Shown: positions 1 through 12,436 of the stretch, piece after piece
How the letters are laid out: the number at the start of each line of letters is the position of its first letter
Position numbering within the stretch: the stretch's first letter is position 1
DNA from: Azolla caroliniana
Lineage: Eukaryota > Plantae > Polypodiophyta
DNA: 64,000 nt
Reading direction: 5' to 3'
Assembly (NCBI GenBank): GCA_043228905.1
Contig: JBHGNT010000022.1
Span: 310,001-374,000 of the forward strand
Notes under the pieces: model-generated
What the model saw: the letters and a program-made list of their open reading frames with translations, nothing else
Told to the model about the DNA's origin: nothing
The model's database searches: none
Program-made: the position numbers and the translations under genes

Positions 1-2150
1 GAGGTGTCTAACATCCGGTTTTGCTTTCGGCGTTGTCTGGCTTTTGATGTCGGCTTTTGTGCGACTTCCGTCCGGCCTTCGGCCTTCTTCGCCATGGCAA
101 TCTCTAGTCCTCCCTCTCAAGCCATGGCAATCTCGGGTCCTCCCCCTCAAGCCGGTGACGAAGGCTTGTAGATTGTGGGCAAAGGCCGACTACTTCCACC
201 CATCGTGGGTCACGAGCCACTTCGGTGGAGCTCTTAGGCTCTTGTTCGGCCGCTACCTTCATTGTGAAGGCATAATGATGGGCCATGTACTCGTTGTAGC
301 CACGTAGAGGGACAAGATTCTTCTCTCTAGAAGAACGTCGAAGTTTTTCACTTTGGAGGTACGAGGTGAATTCATCAGAGAAGTACTCCTTGCCTCCATC
401 TGATCGTAGTCATCGAATGTGCCAACCGGTTTCTTTTTCGACTAGAGCTTTCAGAAGTGGTAGAGCACTTCACTCTTCTTCATCATCGGAATGATCCACA
501 TGTAGTAGGAGTAGTCATCGATGAAGGTGATGTACTATCGGTATCGACCGATCGTCGGCGTTTGAGCCTGTCCCTATACATCCGAATGTATGACGTCGAG
601 GAGGCCTTTGCTTGCGTAGCTCTCCTTCGGGAATGGGAGTCGATGTTGTTTGCCGAGTTGGCATGCTTTGCATACTCGGTCGACTCATTTCGACTTGAAT
701 GTCGGAAGTCCGATGAAGACTCCCTTTAATTGCATTGCTTGAAGTCCTTGGAGGTTGATGTGGCTGATTCTCTTGTGCCACAACTTGATGCTTGTCTCGG
801 TTTTGAGACCTTTGGCATACATGACTGATTTCACCTCGTTCGAATCGAAGATGAACATGGGACGGTCTCTCCGTCCCTTGGCTATGAGTCGGCCATCTTT
901 CTCATTGAAACAACCTTCGTTGTTGAAGCGAACTTGCATGCCTTGCCCCACGATTTGGTTGACAAAGACCAAATTCTTCGTTATTGTAGGCACATGCAAG
1001 ACATTCTTGATGCAAGTTTGCTCTCCTTCTTTCACGAATGGGACATTGCCGATGTGCCGAATGGGATGTGTGGTGTCGTCTCCTGTCTCTATGAAGCAGT
1101 GTCGGTCGGGCGTTCGTAAGTCATAAAACCACTCTTGGTGTGACGTCATGTGATGTGAGGCACCGGAATCGATGAATCACACGTCTTCCAAATTGGAGGT
1201 GCTTGCAGAGTCGGAGGTGGACATAGAGTTCGCTCTAAGCCTCATTACGAATAGTCTGCCGTAGTCGTCGTATTCGGAGTTGGCGGCGTAATTCGTGAGT
1301 TGTCGACTTGTCGAAGCCGACTCGCTTCTTCTTTTTCAGCACTCCTCCTCGCGGTGGCCCAATTTTTCGCAATAGTTGCAAGTTGCGGGCGTCATTCGCC
1401 GACCTTGTTCGGCATGGAAGCTCCCCCTTCTTCCGAAGGTTGCTCGATGGCTTATGTGAAGGTTTGAGTTCCCTTCGTTTGATGGGCCGAATTGGCCTCT
1501 TCTACCATCGTTGTCGTGAAGATTTTCGGCAATGGTGTGAAAATCAAATAAAACTACAATAAGATGGAGGTCTTCAAGAGATTTCAAATGTGCCTTACCA
1601 CATAAAAAACAAACATCTAAGTGACAAGTTATGTGGGAGTGAAGTATGAGAAGGAAGACGAGAAAAATAAAACTGTGAGATATCCCACATAGACAGGAAA
1701 TAAGGATCTCACCATATATAAGGTAGAGGAAAAGCTATTATCTTTGTGTCTATGTGTGGAGCATAGAGAGTTCAAGGTGACTTGAACTAAGCTATTGGAT
1801 GAATGGGTGTGGCCTGGCTTCTTGCAAAGGTTTTGCACAACCAAAACCAGATCGGCAACGTAACCAGCATCCGGCAATGGAACCGGGATCCGGTGACGGA
1901 ATGGTAATCGGCATCCGGCATCCGGCAACCCAACGGTAACTGGCATCCAACATCCAGCGATCGAACCGGGATCCGGCGACCGAACGGTAATCGGCATCCG
2001 ATGGCATCCAGCGACCGGCGTCATCCAGTGACCGACGATAAACGGTGGTGATCGACATCCGGCGAACCGGCGTCATCCGACATCCGACGACCAGATAAAT
2101 ATATAAATTAATAAGTAAATAAATATATATCACATATATATAGATAAGGA

Positions 2151-2221
2151 GGGCAAGTGAGGATTCGAACCTTCCACCTCCTAGTTAAGAGTTAGTAGGC
2201 TTACCACTAAGCCATGACATT
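2151..2221 (-). promoter_or_regulatory. tRNA-derived Pol III A/B-box cassette inside the Gypsy 5' LTR (antisense)
   Basis: Minus strand TGGCTTAGTGG (A box, 2204-2214) ... CTCTTAAC (tRNA-Lys CUU-like loop) ... GGTTCGAATCC (B box, 2161-2171); acceptor stem does not pair. Confidence 0.65.
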
Positions 2222-2692
2222 TAGTTAAATTTATATTTCTATCATTGTACTTTTACATGTAAATTCTCATACATGAGAGCTAAAATGAGTAACATGGTTA
2301 TCATGCACCACGTGTAATACATGAGCGCCAAATGGCAAACATACATTTTATGCATGTCTTGTACCCTCACATGCATCATATGCATGAGAGCATCTATAAA
2401 GGAAGGGATGAAAAAGAAGAAGGGTTAGGCTCTTTTGGTTATGAAATTAAGAAGAAGAAAATTCGTTATCAAATTGATCGTGCAACTTGTTTCTTAAATC
2501 TAAAGATAAAAGTTCAATCAATCTCTCTCAATCTAAAGTCAAGCACTTAATTATCTCAATCTCTCTCTTTCAATCTATCTTAAAACTTTTCTCGCTAAAG
2601 CTAGCGCCAACTTCGAGTCCTTCCGGTCCAGAACCCCAACGGTTCTGCCTCACGATCCGCGCATAGTGATGGATCTTCATCACATAATCAAG

Positions 2693-2710
2693 TGGTGAAC
2701 CCGACGTGAA
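2693..2710 (+). promoter_or_regulatory. Primer binding site complementary to tRNA-Trp
   Basis: tggtgaacccgacgtgaa is the reverse complement of the plant tRNA-Trp 3' end (..TTCACGTCGGGTTCACCA); 8 nt downstream of the LTR. Confidence 0.85.
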
Positions 2711-2745
2711 AGAGGCAGTAGGAAGGATCAAGCCAAGGTTAATAC

Positions 2746-5700
2746 TTGGAGATAGCGTCTTCAAGTAACCAAGCAGGAGAGCTCGAAAGGATGATGCTAA
2801 TCATCGAACAAATGGTGAGATCTCGACACAACGATGCGAGCGTGGAGAAGGCCGTCGACCATGTCGTAGAGCTCGAGGGTCAATTTAATGGAAGGAACGT
2901 TACGAAGTTCCTTGGCACATATAGAAGGGAGATGAATCAGAGGGACGTGTCCGAAGCACGTCAAATCGCAAGCTTCAAGAGAGTTGTCGCCAACAACGTC
3001 CAAAGACGCGTCATCGAACTTCAAGAAGGTAAGACAACATGGTCCGAGTTCGAGAAAATGATACTAGCGAAGTTCGTGACTGAAGACTCAACGAGGATGA
3101 CTCGACATGCCCTGATGAAGTGGATAGAGAAGAAGAATAAGAAGATGAGCGCCTCGAGGGTGTACGATGAATTCGACTAGATGTTTAGTCGTCTCCCCAG
3201 CACGGACCAAGTGTTGCTTGAAGAGGACAATACTTTGTACTTCTTGAAGGCCGTGGACATGAAGGATAGACGGGAGTTGGGGACTCTTCTCGAAGAAGAT
3301 ACCCAAGCAAATAGGCTCGTAGCGGACTAGATCGCGGTGAAGCGGGCATGCAATAGGCTCGACAATCGTCGCCAATGGGTTGATGACACCGACTTGACGG
3401 GATCGACTACCACGGAGAAAGGAAGACCGCCGAAAGTAGATGAACCGCCCAAACAAAGCAGCCCATAAGAAAAGAAGATTGATGATAACATCATAGAAGA
3501 ACTGGCGAAGAAGTTCGAGACGGTTACGCTAGCCAACATGAATCGTCGGGGGCCTAGAGGAAAATAACCCTTTAGATGCGTGTGGTGCGATGGCACAGAC
3601 CACATTAGAAGAGATTGTTCGAGCCTTCGAGACGCCATTCGACAAAATATCATATACATAGATGACATCATGATCTGCTCGAGTGAGACTAGAAGACCCC
3701 TACAGGTGAACTTCGGAAGAGGAGGAATGAAGAAAGCTATGGAGGATGCCGATGCGACTCATGTGGATGCGAATCATGTGGCTGCATCGACCGGAATAAG
3801 AGTCGGGAAAGACAAGACTGAAGTTGTTAAAGCGGGAGTAAAGTTTTGGACTTCCGTTCTCGAATATGAGAAGAAAGGAAAAGTCACTTCGAACGAAGTA
3901 GAGCTTGTGGATTGCAGTGTACAAAGTATAACCGGATGGTCGGATCCGGTGGATGACAACACCATACTCGTGGAGGTGATGTGCGACAACCACGAGGTGT
4001 TCATCGAAGAAAAGAGAAAAAGAACAGAAGAGCAAGGCCCATAAAAAAGACATGAAACAAGGAATGCGAAAAAGAAGGACGATGCGGAGACAAGTCAACC
4101 TTTACAAATGGAGGAATGAGAATCAACCCGAAAAGGGGAGCCGAGCATACGAGTTGAAGAAACGGTTCGGCCCGTGAAGGTTGGTGTCAAAGACCCCGGT
4201 CGGAGGACAAGGACTATGCCTACCTATAAGCTAAGGTCGGACATAGAGCGGACGACGAACCTAAAGAAGATTCTCGAAGAACGAGTTCTTGATAGCCAAG
4301 TGACTTTGTCCTTGAGGGAATTACTCGGCATTACGAAGAAGGAGTTCCATGACATGATCGTGGACCTTGTAAAGAGAAAAAGACAACAATCGGATGAGGA
4401 AGAAGAAAGGCCGCTAAAAGCAAAAACAAATGCCATAACAATGGCGAGGGACGAAGTTGATGAAGAAATGGTGGACAACCACTATACTCGACCTCATTGG
4501 GCACGACCGACAATGGAGACGCCGGTGAAGATCGGGGAGAAGAAAGAGACCGTGGTAGCCTTAATCGACCACGGCTCAGAGATCAACCTCATGTCAACCG
4601 ACTTCTACAAAAAAGGAAGATGGCCAAACAATACAAACCATGGATGGAAGATTCGCGCAGCAACAAAGTCTACGGAGGACTTGTACGGAGATTGTCCCAA
4701 TGTCAAAGTCACGATCGGGGATGTGGAGATGGATCAACACTTCTTCATGCAAGAATCGGCGTCGCATCCTGTCATCCTAGGACAACCGTATATCACATAA
4801 TCTTGGATGGAGACCAAAGTGTTCGATAATGGAGCAGCCTTCGCACGAATAAAGAGTCTTGACAACCAAAGATCGGTCCAATTCCTAACGGTGTGAGCCA
4901 ATCATGAAAGGAATCGAGATAGTCTTGGAGGCGAATCCTCGGATTTTTAGAGCGGACTATTGAAGCCTGGGGCACAAATAGTCCGAGCAATCACAGAAGG
5001 AAGAGTGTGTGGATTGCGAGGAGAAGCAACATGTGTCACACCTAGTGGCGCATGTAAACTAGTACTACCCGACAAGAAGGACAAGCGTTGGATACAAGAA
5101 TTCGAGAAGATGCTGAAAGAAGAAAACATAATAGAAGAAGGAGAGTTCGTGAATCATATTATGGAAGAAGCCTCATTTAACGACACCATTGGCAAAATCG
5201 AGGAAGTCGTGGACTTGAGTTATCTTCACGATCATTACGTGATTTCGGTTAACTCTGTCAGCATGTATGCTATCATCGATGAATACTGTCGTGGCATCTC
5301 GATGAAGGAAGCTGACATCACCACGAAATATAAAATGGTGGATAAGAATATCAAGCCAGTTGCAGTTCCGCTACTGGAAGATAGCTGGCAAAAGATGAAG
5401 GAAGTCGCTAACGATCCAAGCTTAAGAGATCTGAAGACGATAGGTCATGTCTTCACCAAAGAGATGAAGGGGAAGCTACGAGTTGGAAAGGAGGATTTCC
5501 TTCTCCTTTAAGAGGAGCGAATGTTTCGCGATATGCTTGAGAGACATGGGAAGGCTTTCGCATTCTTCCCACGAGAAATCGGATGTGCTGACCCAAAGGT
5601 TATAGAGCCGATGGTGATCTTCACGGTGCCTCATGTGCCTTGGAATTTGAAACCGATACCAATTCCGAGAGCACACCTTCTGGAGCTGATCAAGCTCTTA

Positions 5701-7950
5701 AGGAGAAGGTGAGTATGGGAATTCTAGAACCATCGAATGCGCCTTATTCCAATAGGTGGTTCACGATGCCGAAGAAGAATGGATCATTGTGATTCACCCA
5801 AGATCTTCAACCCTTCAACAAGGTGACAATTCGAAATGCCGGAATCGGTACAAGCGTGGACGAATTTGCTGAAGCGTTTGCAGGCCGGTCCATCTACTCG
5901 ATTGGTGATCTCTACTCCGGATATGACCAATTCCAATTGGCGATCGATAGTCGTGACATTACAACCATGAGGACTCCGATCGGGCTCATGCGGATGTGTA
6001 CCTTACCTCAAGGTGGAACAAACTCGGTGGGTCATATGGTGAATGCCAGGAACAAGGTCTTACAGGATTGCATCCCAAACATCACGATGCCGTTCTTGGA
6101 TGATATTCCGTTAAAAGGATGTTCGGATGAGGAGAAAGATGAATCGAAAGATAAGGAAGGGTGTAGAAAGTTCATCGCGGATCATATGAAAGATTGCGAG
6201 AAGGTGCTTCAAAGGCTCGAAGATGCGAATTTGACATTTTCGAGATGGTATGCCATCCGGTTCGGAGCAAAGATTCTTAGCGAACAACAACAAAGATATG
6301 CCCAAGTCAAGCTGGAACTATGGGGTATTGTGTCAGCAGTGAAGACGGACAAAGATTACCTGATCGGGTCGAAAGTGATAATAGAGACAGATTGTCTCCC
6401 AATTCTCGGAATGGTCTCGGGATGTGCGACCCTAGATCTTGCTATGCTAAGGTGGATCGCCTACATCAAGTCTTTAAACCCAGAGATCCATCACATTGCA
6501 AGGAAGAAGAACGCCATGGCTGACATGCTGTCGAGGGCAAGATTTGAAAATGGAAGTGACATGGTTTCGGAAGATGAAGATGTCGCCCTCAACTTCTTCA
6601 AGATGGCTCGATTATCGGCGGAAGACCAGGACACGCAAACCCTCCTTGTCTTCAACGAGAACGAGTACGAAGGAGTGTGGTTACTGATCGATAGATTCCT
6701 AAGAATATTGACGATAGATGCTTCGTTGACAAAGGAGGAGGCCTTACGAATCTGGAAGAAAGCTTATCGATACTTCTTGAAGGGAGGATTCCTTTGGCGA
6801 CATCCAAAAAGAAGGACAGGAATACCATGTCGAGTGGTGGTGAAGAAAGAAGAGCAAGAGACGTTGATGACCGAATTCCACGAGAGTGTTTGGGTAGGTC
6901 ATTGAGGAACATGGGCGACGTTCGAAAAGTTGAAGGAGAAGTACTGGTGGCCAAGCATGTACAAAGATGTACTCCATTTCGTGTCCACATGCAAAACTTG
7001 CCAAATACATTCAAATATATGTCATCGTGATGAGTTACGACCAACATACCCACTCACCATACACTTCAAATGCATGGTGGATCTGGTCTCGATGCCAATG
7101 GGAGTGGGACAAATGAAGTACTTAGTGTTGGCAAGGGAAGACTTGACAAATCAAGTGGAAGGACAAGCCTTGACCAATAAGACGACTTCAGCCGTTTGCA
7201 AATTTCTACTTGAAGAGGTTGTTTGCTGATACGGATGTGTGGGGAAGATAGTGGCCGACCGAGGGGAGTTGGATGCGCACGAAACAACGAAGCTCTTCGA
7301 ACGACTAGGCGTGAAGCTCTCCCTCACGACTGCCTACAATCCGAAAGCGAATGGGAAGATCGAGGAAGGGCATGGACCTATCGTCAAAGCCATCGTACGG
7401 GCATGCAACGGTCGAGTCAGGAATTGGTGCAGACGGAGCTTATGTATGGACAAAAGCCAGTAATGCCCATCGAAAGGATGATCACCTCATGGATAGTGAT
7501 ACCGTGGGATAACGAAATGAGCTGAGAAGAGTTATTAGCGGCGCCGATAAGGCAACTTGAAAGAAGACCTGAAGATCTAGAAAAAGCGGAAAGATGATGG
7601 AGGCAGCCCGAGTAAAGAACAAAGTTCGGTTCGACAACACGCATCGACTTCGTCCCAAGAAGATTGAAGAAGGAGACTGGGTTTTGGTTTACGATAGCAG
7701 CCTTGACAATCAACACAGTACAACAAGAAAGTTCGCAAGAAGATGGTTCGGGCCGTATGTGGTGACAAGTGCGAACGATAATGCCACATACCACCTTGTG
7801 GAGCTAGACGGATCAAGGTTGGTCGTACCCATTGAGGGAAAAAGAGTAAAGATTTTCAAGGAAAGACAAGACAAGGATCCTGACCTCGATCACCTCGACG
7901 ATGAACATAATAGGGCAGATGTAAATGAAGACATGGAGGAATCTGATTGA
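2746..7950 (+). pseudogene. Gypsy gag-pol pseudogene
   Basis: Fragmented ORFs 2746-3180, 3580-4044, 4174-4800, 4960-5511, 5823-6905, 6930-7950; premature stops; internal deletion joining the RT end to RNase H near 6242. Confidence 0.9.
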
Positions 7951-9323
7951 TCACCGTAACCGAAATCTCACTTTCTCTCTTCTTGGCATGTACCGGAGGA
8001 CGTGCGGTTTGGTGGGGGTGGATGTCGTGAAGATTTTCGGCAATGGTGTGAAAATCAAATAAAACTACAATAAGATGGAGGTCTTCAAGAGATTTCAAAT
8101 GTGCCTTACCACATAAAAAACAAACATCTAAGTGACAAGTTATATGAGAGTGAAGTATGAGAAGGAAGAAGAGAAAAATAAAACTGTGAGATATCCCACA
8201 TAGACAAGAAATAAGGATCTCACCATATATAAGGTAGAGCAAAAGCTATTATCTTTGTGTCTATGTGTGGAGCATAGAGAGTTCAAGGTGACTTGAACTA
8301 AGCTATTCGATAAATGGGTGTGGCCTGGCTTCTTGCAAAGGTTTTGCCCAACCAAAACCGGACCGGCAACATAACCAGCATCCGGCAATGGAACCGGGAT
8401 CCGGCGACCAAACGGTAACCAAACCTTTCTCGCTAAAGCTTGCGCCAACTTCGAGTCCTTTCGGTCTAGAATCCCGGTGGTTTTGCCTCACGATTCACGC
8501 GTAGTGACGGATCTTCACGACACCGTGACCTCGTCCTCGGCCACCATCCGAATTCGAAAAGAACCTTTTTCCTTCCAATGTCTTGGTTTTGGTTTGGACG
8601 TGGTTCTCTTCAACCATTAGCATTGATTGAAGGTTGAAGAATGAAGGAGGGTTTTCCTTTGCCAAGATTGTCGTCCTCAACGAGTCAAATCGTTGTGTGA
8701 GGCCGCCCAAGCATACTTGAACCACCTCATCTTCGTTGACGTTTATTTTGATGGATCCAAGTGAGTTGCAAATGCTCATGATCTTGGTTGTGTAGTTTGA
8801 CATGGACATGTATTTTTGCCGAATGTTGTTCAACTCTTGTCGGAGTTGAAGCTTTCGGGCAGTCGTGTTGGCGGCAAACATTTTCTTTAAGTTTGCCCAC
8901 ACTTCTTTAGGCACCTTGGCATCTCAAATGTGGCTAAGCATGTGGTCGTGGACACATGTTGCCAAGCAATACATGACTCGACTAACCGCTTGCTCCCATG
9001 TTGAGTGGTCAGTGTTCTTTGGGACGGGTCAATTTTCTTGAGCCATTGATGTAGCTCCAATACCCTTGGCCGACAAGGTATTGGTTCATCTCGTACTCCC
9101 AAGATGAATAATTGCCCCGGTCTAGCTTTTCACTAGGGAGCGAGCTACCCATTTGTGTGTTCATGTTGATTACTGTCTTCTCTTCTTTTTCTTTTCTTCC
9201 TCGATCACATACACGTGCTACGTAGCGGCACTATGCCGGAATTTGCCATCGGTGTTTCAAACACACAATTATGAAGAGGCGGATGGGCTTAGTGGATGTG
9301 CTAAACCACACACTCTGATACCA

Positions 9324-9766
9324 TGTTAAGAATTAGGTAAGTAATTAAGGAAGGGTTAATGAGTACCTAATTATGTGATTCATTGATAAGCGAAAGATTA
9401 TGTGATATGTGAGTGTATGTGTTATAGAGGAAGAGAGAGAGGAAGATACACTTATGAACAACACAAGATGGGGGATGAGTAACTATATTAAATTAGCATT
9501 ATCATCATCAAATACAAAAATACCCACAATGAGGTATATATAGATCTCATGTGCAAGGGTGCAGATGTGTGAGGAGAATATAGGTACAAGGGTGTAAGTC
9601 CTATATTAAATGTACTTGGGAGTAGAGGATCTAGAATATCCCACTTAAGTACAAGGTCCTATTTAAGGCGCTATAGTCAACACTTCTAACTAGATTCTAT
9701 CTAGGTAACTACGACGTTACATGGTTTACTAACTAACTAAAGTAAGTTGAGCTTGATCTCTCAACA
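9324..9766 (-). repeat. 5' LTR of Copia A
   Basis: TG..CA ends; the minus strand starts tgttgagagatcaagctcaac, like the other Bryco-like LTRs; adjacent to the PBS. Confidence 0.85.
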
Positions 9767-10311
9767 TCTCCATATATGGTAAAAAACTACTTTGTCCAAT
9801 TTTAGGCATGTTGAACTCTAAGTACAAATGGTGATTCTTTATCAACTAATAAGATTATCAAAACTTTATTCATTTGTAAGTGTGGAGTTAGAACGCATAA
9901 AGTTTGTCACATGTCAAGACTCGAAGGACCTCAATGAGCCCTAGGAGCCCTTTTGAATATATGTGTATATGATGTTGTGACATGGTGGTTTCAAAGATAC
10001 AATTGTAGTAAAAAAGCTTGGTTGAGAATCTAGAGGCGGATTCCTTCACTTCTTTTTTCATGAGGAGATATTAGGGTTTAAGACTTGCCTTTTTCTTCTT
10101 TGATGAGGATATTTTAGGATGGGGGATTCCCTCTCTTCTTCTTCTTTCATTAGGAGATTTTATGGTTTGGGTAGAAGAACTCATGTTATGGTGACATCCT
10201 AAAGAAAGAAATTAATATGCTGATAACTTTGGAGTTAAATTTCAAGTGCTACAATTAACTACATGATTCCTTCCTCGAGAAGAATCACCGAAAAGAAACC
10301 ACAGATTGCAA

Positions 10312-10420
10312 CCCAGGAGCCCAACACGCGAAAGGTTGAACCCACAAGCCCAACACACGAAGGATCAAGTTCGTGAGCCCAACATGTGCAAGGTTGAGCC
10401 CACTAGCCAAACACACATGA
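10312..10420. repeat. Degenerate ~29-bp tandem repeat (~4 copies)
   Basis: Units resemble cccacaagcccaacacgcgaaaggttgaa. Confidence 0.6.
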
Positions 10421-11215
10421 CCAAGACATGAGAGGCAGATGCAAAAGAAACATGCAATTGAAGTGTGTGTAGGGAATGATGAATGTATTATGTAATTCTA
10501 GTGGTGATCTCTAAGCACAAAGAGAACACACAATTATAACACACGACTACAATGCGCAATCCAAGTGCTTGATTGCAACACAAAAGATCCACAGGAAAGT
10601 CTTCCAAAATACAATAGATCTCTAAACAAAGATTTTACCAAAATCCTATCGAAGATAATTATTTTAAACAAAACTTCATCAATGACTCACCTTCGTGGAC
10701 TCCTTGAGTATCACAAGAATCCACATAACTACGTGACAACGAGGTTTTGGGGAATTCCAACAATATTGAAGTTGACTCAAGTGGGTTGGCATGTCATAAA
10801 AGACTTCTCATGCAATTGAATATGGATTGTATATGCACATATTTATGGTCTTGCAAGACCTATTACTATTGAATGGTGAACCAAGGTCTCTTAAGCCCTC
10901 TTAAGCCCTCTTGACCATGTATGAGTTGATACCGTAAGTGTCATCTATTTACAAAGTGATTAGAAGGCCTTGGAAGTCCTTTTTATATGCGCCTTAATCC
11001 AATAAGCAAAGAAATTGTGTATTGTATGTAATGTCTTGTTTCAAATGAACTTTAACCATAAGTAATGTTCATGGTCCACTACACACATTAAAGGAAGAAG
11101 ACAAATTAAGCTCCCTAAAGATTAATGAAATTTATATGAATTTGTATTTTTATTTCATGACCCATTCATGAGAACACATTACTCATTTGTATGATTGAGG
11201 AGCAGAAGTAAAATT

Positions 11216-12045
11216 TGTTAATATGTGAGTGTGTGAGAGGAGGAGATTGATTAAGAGAGATTAAATTAACAAGAATATAAAATTTGGGGATGATTAATAC
11301 TCAAGAAATGAAGCAAATGTGTATTAAACACCATCATCAACAAAAGAACTCTATGAGGAGATAATATACGGCCATGTGTAGGTACACATGTAAATGATGA
11401 AAAGCTTCCACAATGAATGAGTAGTTAGTGGTCTATCAATAAAATATCTGACACAATACAAAGTACAAAATCTCATTCATTCGGCACTTATGGAGTTGGC
11501 TTACACAAAGGAATTAACTACTAAGTAGTTGTTAGGATTTCAACTATTAGTTAACTAAACAGTTCAAGCTCAACCACATCAATTGATTACATAGTTGAGC
11601 TTGATTTCTCAACACACCCCACTAAGCTCAAGTGTAATGGCAATTTTCTTAGATGTCATATCCTTGTCATCTTGCCAATTGTCAAGCTTGATTGGGCATT
11701 GCTGATTTGTACAATCGAATTTCCTCACTTGCCAATTTGGGCGTGCTGAATCAAGTTATATGTCAATCGTTGGATGTCATATTCTTCGTTCCCTCTTAAG
11801 ATTGGCATATTGAATGGACAAAGACCAAGTTCCATCGATAATTGGTGATGTTTGTCCGCTCTGAGCACTATAGTAAAGATATTGGCGTCTAACGATCTAT
11901 ATTGATATGTTGGAGGTCGATGTCCCCTAGTATGATGCATTCTCGGATATACAATGGTAATGTACTTCAATGTGCTTAGCTCGAGCATTAAAAATTGTAT
12001 TTAGTGACAATTGGATGCTACTAAGGTTGTCATAGTAGATGCATC
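11216..12045 (-). mobile_element. 3' fragment of an old Copia (3' LTR 11216-11614, PPT, RNase H remnant)
   Basis: LTR resembles 9324-9766; PPT-like cttgagcttagtggggtg at 11615-11632; minus strand [20 protein letters not shown]. Confidence 0.8.
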
Positions 12046-12259
12046 CTTGTACTTTGACTCGTTGTTGAAGTTCTTCAATAGATGTATAAGCCAAACAACC
12101 CCACATGCGTCAATTGCGGCATCCTTGTACTTTGCCCCCTTGCTCAATAGTGACACTATTGGTTACCTATTGGAAGATATTGCTCCACTTGTACTGTTTC
12201 AAGATGTTACACCTTTTGTTAGTTTGATTAAGATTATTTCTATTGATGTAAGCGCATCC

Positions 12260-12436
12260 TCATTCACATCATGATGTTGCTCACCCACAAGATAGGATTC
12301 AAGATTATGATTTTCATGCACAACCAACTATTATTCTCCTTAACAACTCATTAGAATATCTACTCGCGTCTCCAAACCTTGTAATAAGTTTATGGATATT
12401 TCTAATGCTAACAAATGTTGGTGAACCTTTGGGTTA
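12260..12436 (+). repeat. Left copy of a 177-bp direct repeat flanking Copia B
   Basis: Near-identical to 18025-18201; host sequence is itself a Copia pre-RT remnant (LTNVGEPLGY..). Confidence 0.92.

Larger units (their letters stand above)
1512..8522 (+). mobile_element. Full-length decayed Ty3/Gypsy element (non-chromovirus, Phygy-like)
   Basis: LTRs 1512-2684 and 8023-8522 with TGTCGTGAAGA...TCTTCACGACA ends; PBS; PPT ggtgggggtgga 8011-8022; gag, protease ALIDHGSEINL, RT PFLDD, RNase H, integrase VADRG and WFGPY in Gypsy order; 4-bp TSD tcgt/ccgt. Confidence 0.93.
1..9766 (-). mobile_element. Decayed Ty1/Copia element A (Bryco-like), split by a Gypsy insertion at 1512-8522; 3' end lies outside the window
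   Basis: 5' LTR 9324-9766; PBS tggtatcagag (tRNA-iMet) at 9312-9323; gag remnants 8523-9150 (KMFAANTTARKLQLRQEL); Zn knuckle CNYCEKLGHREEEC ~1340-1385; protease *FIDSGASHHMT ~1145-1180; integrase HSDV.G/TFIDDYS/LRSDGGKEY 350-590; many stops. Confidence 0.9.

Noticed and set aside
2151-2221. Functional tRNA-Lys gene
   Set aside because: Acceptor and anticodon stems do not pair properly; treated as a tRNA-derived cassette.
9767-11215. Possible gene in the unassigned interval
   Set aside because: No credible ORF or domain; only short degenerate repeats, probably old TE debris.
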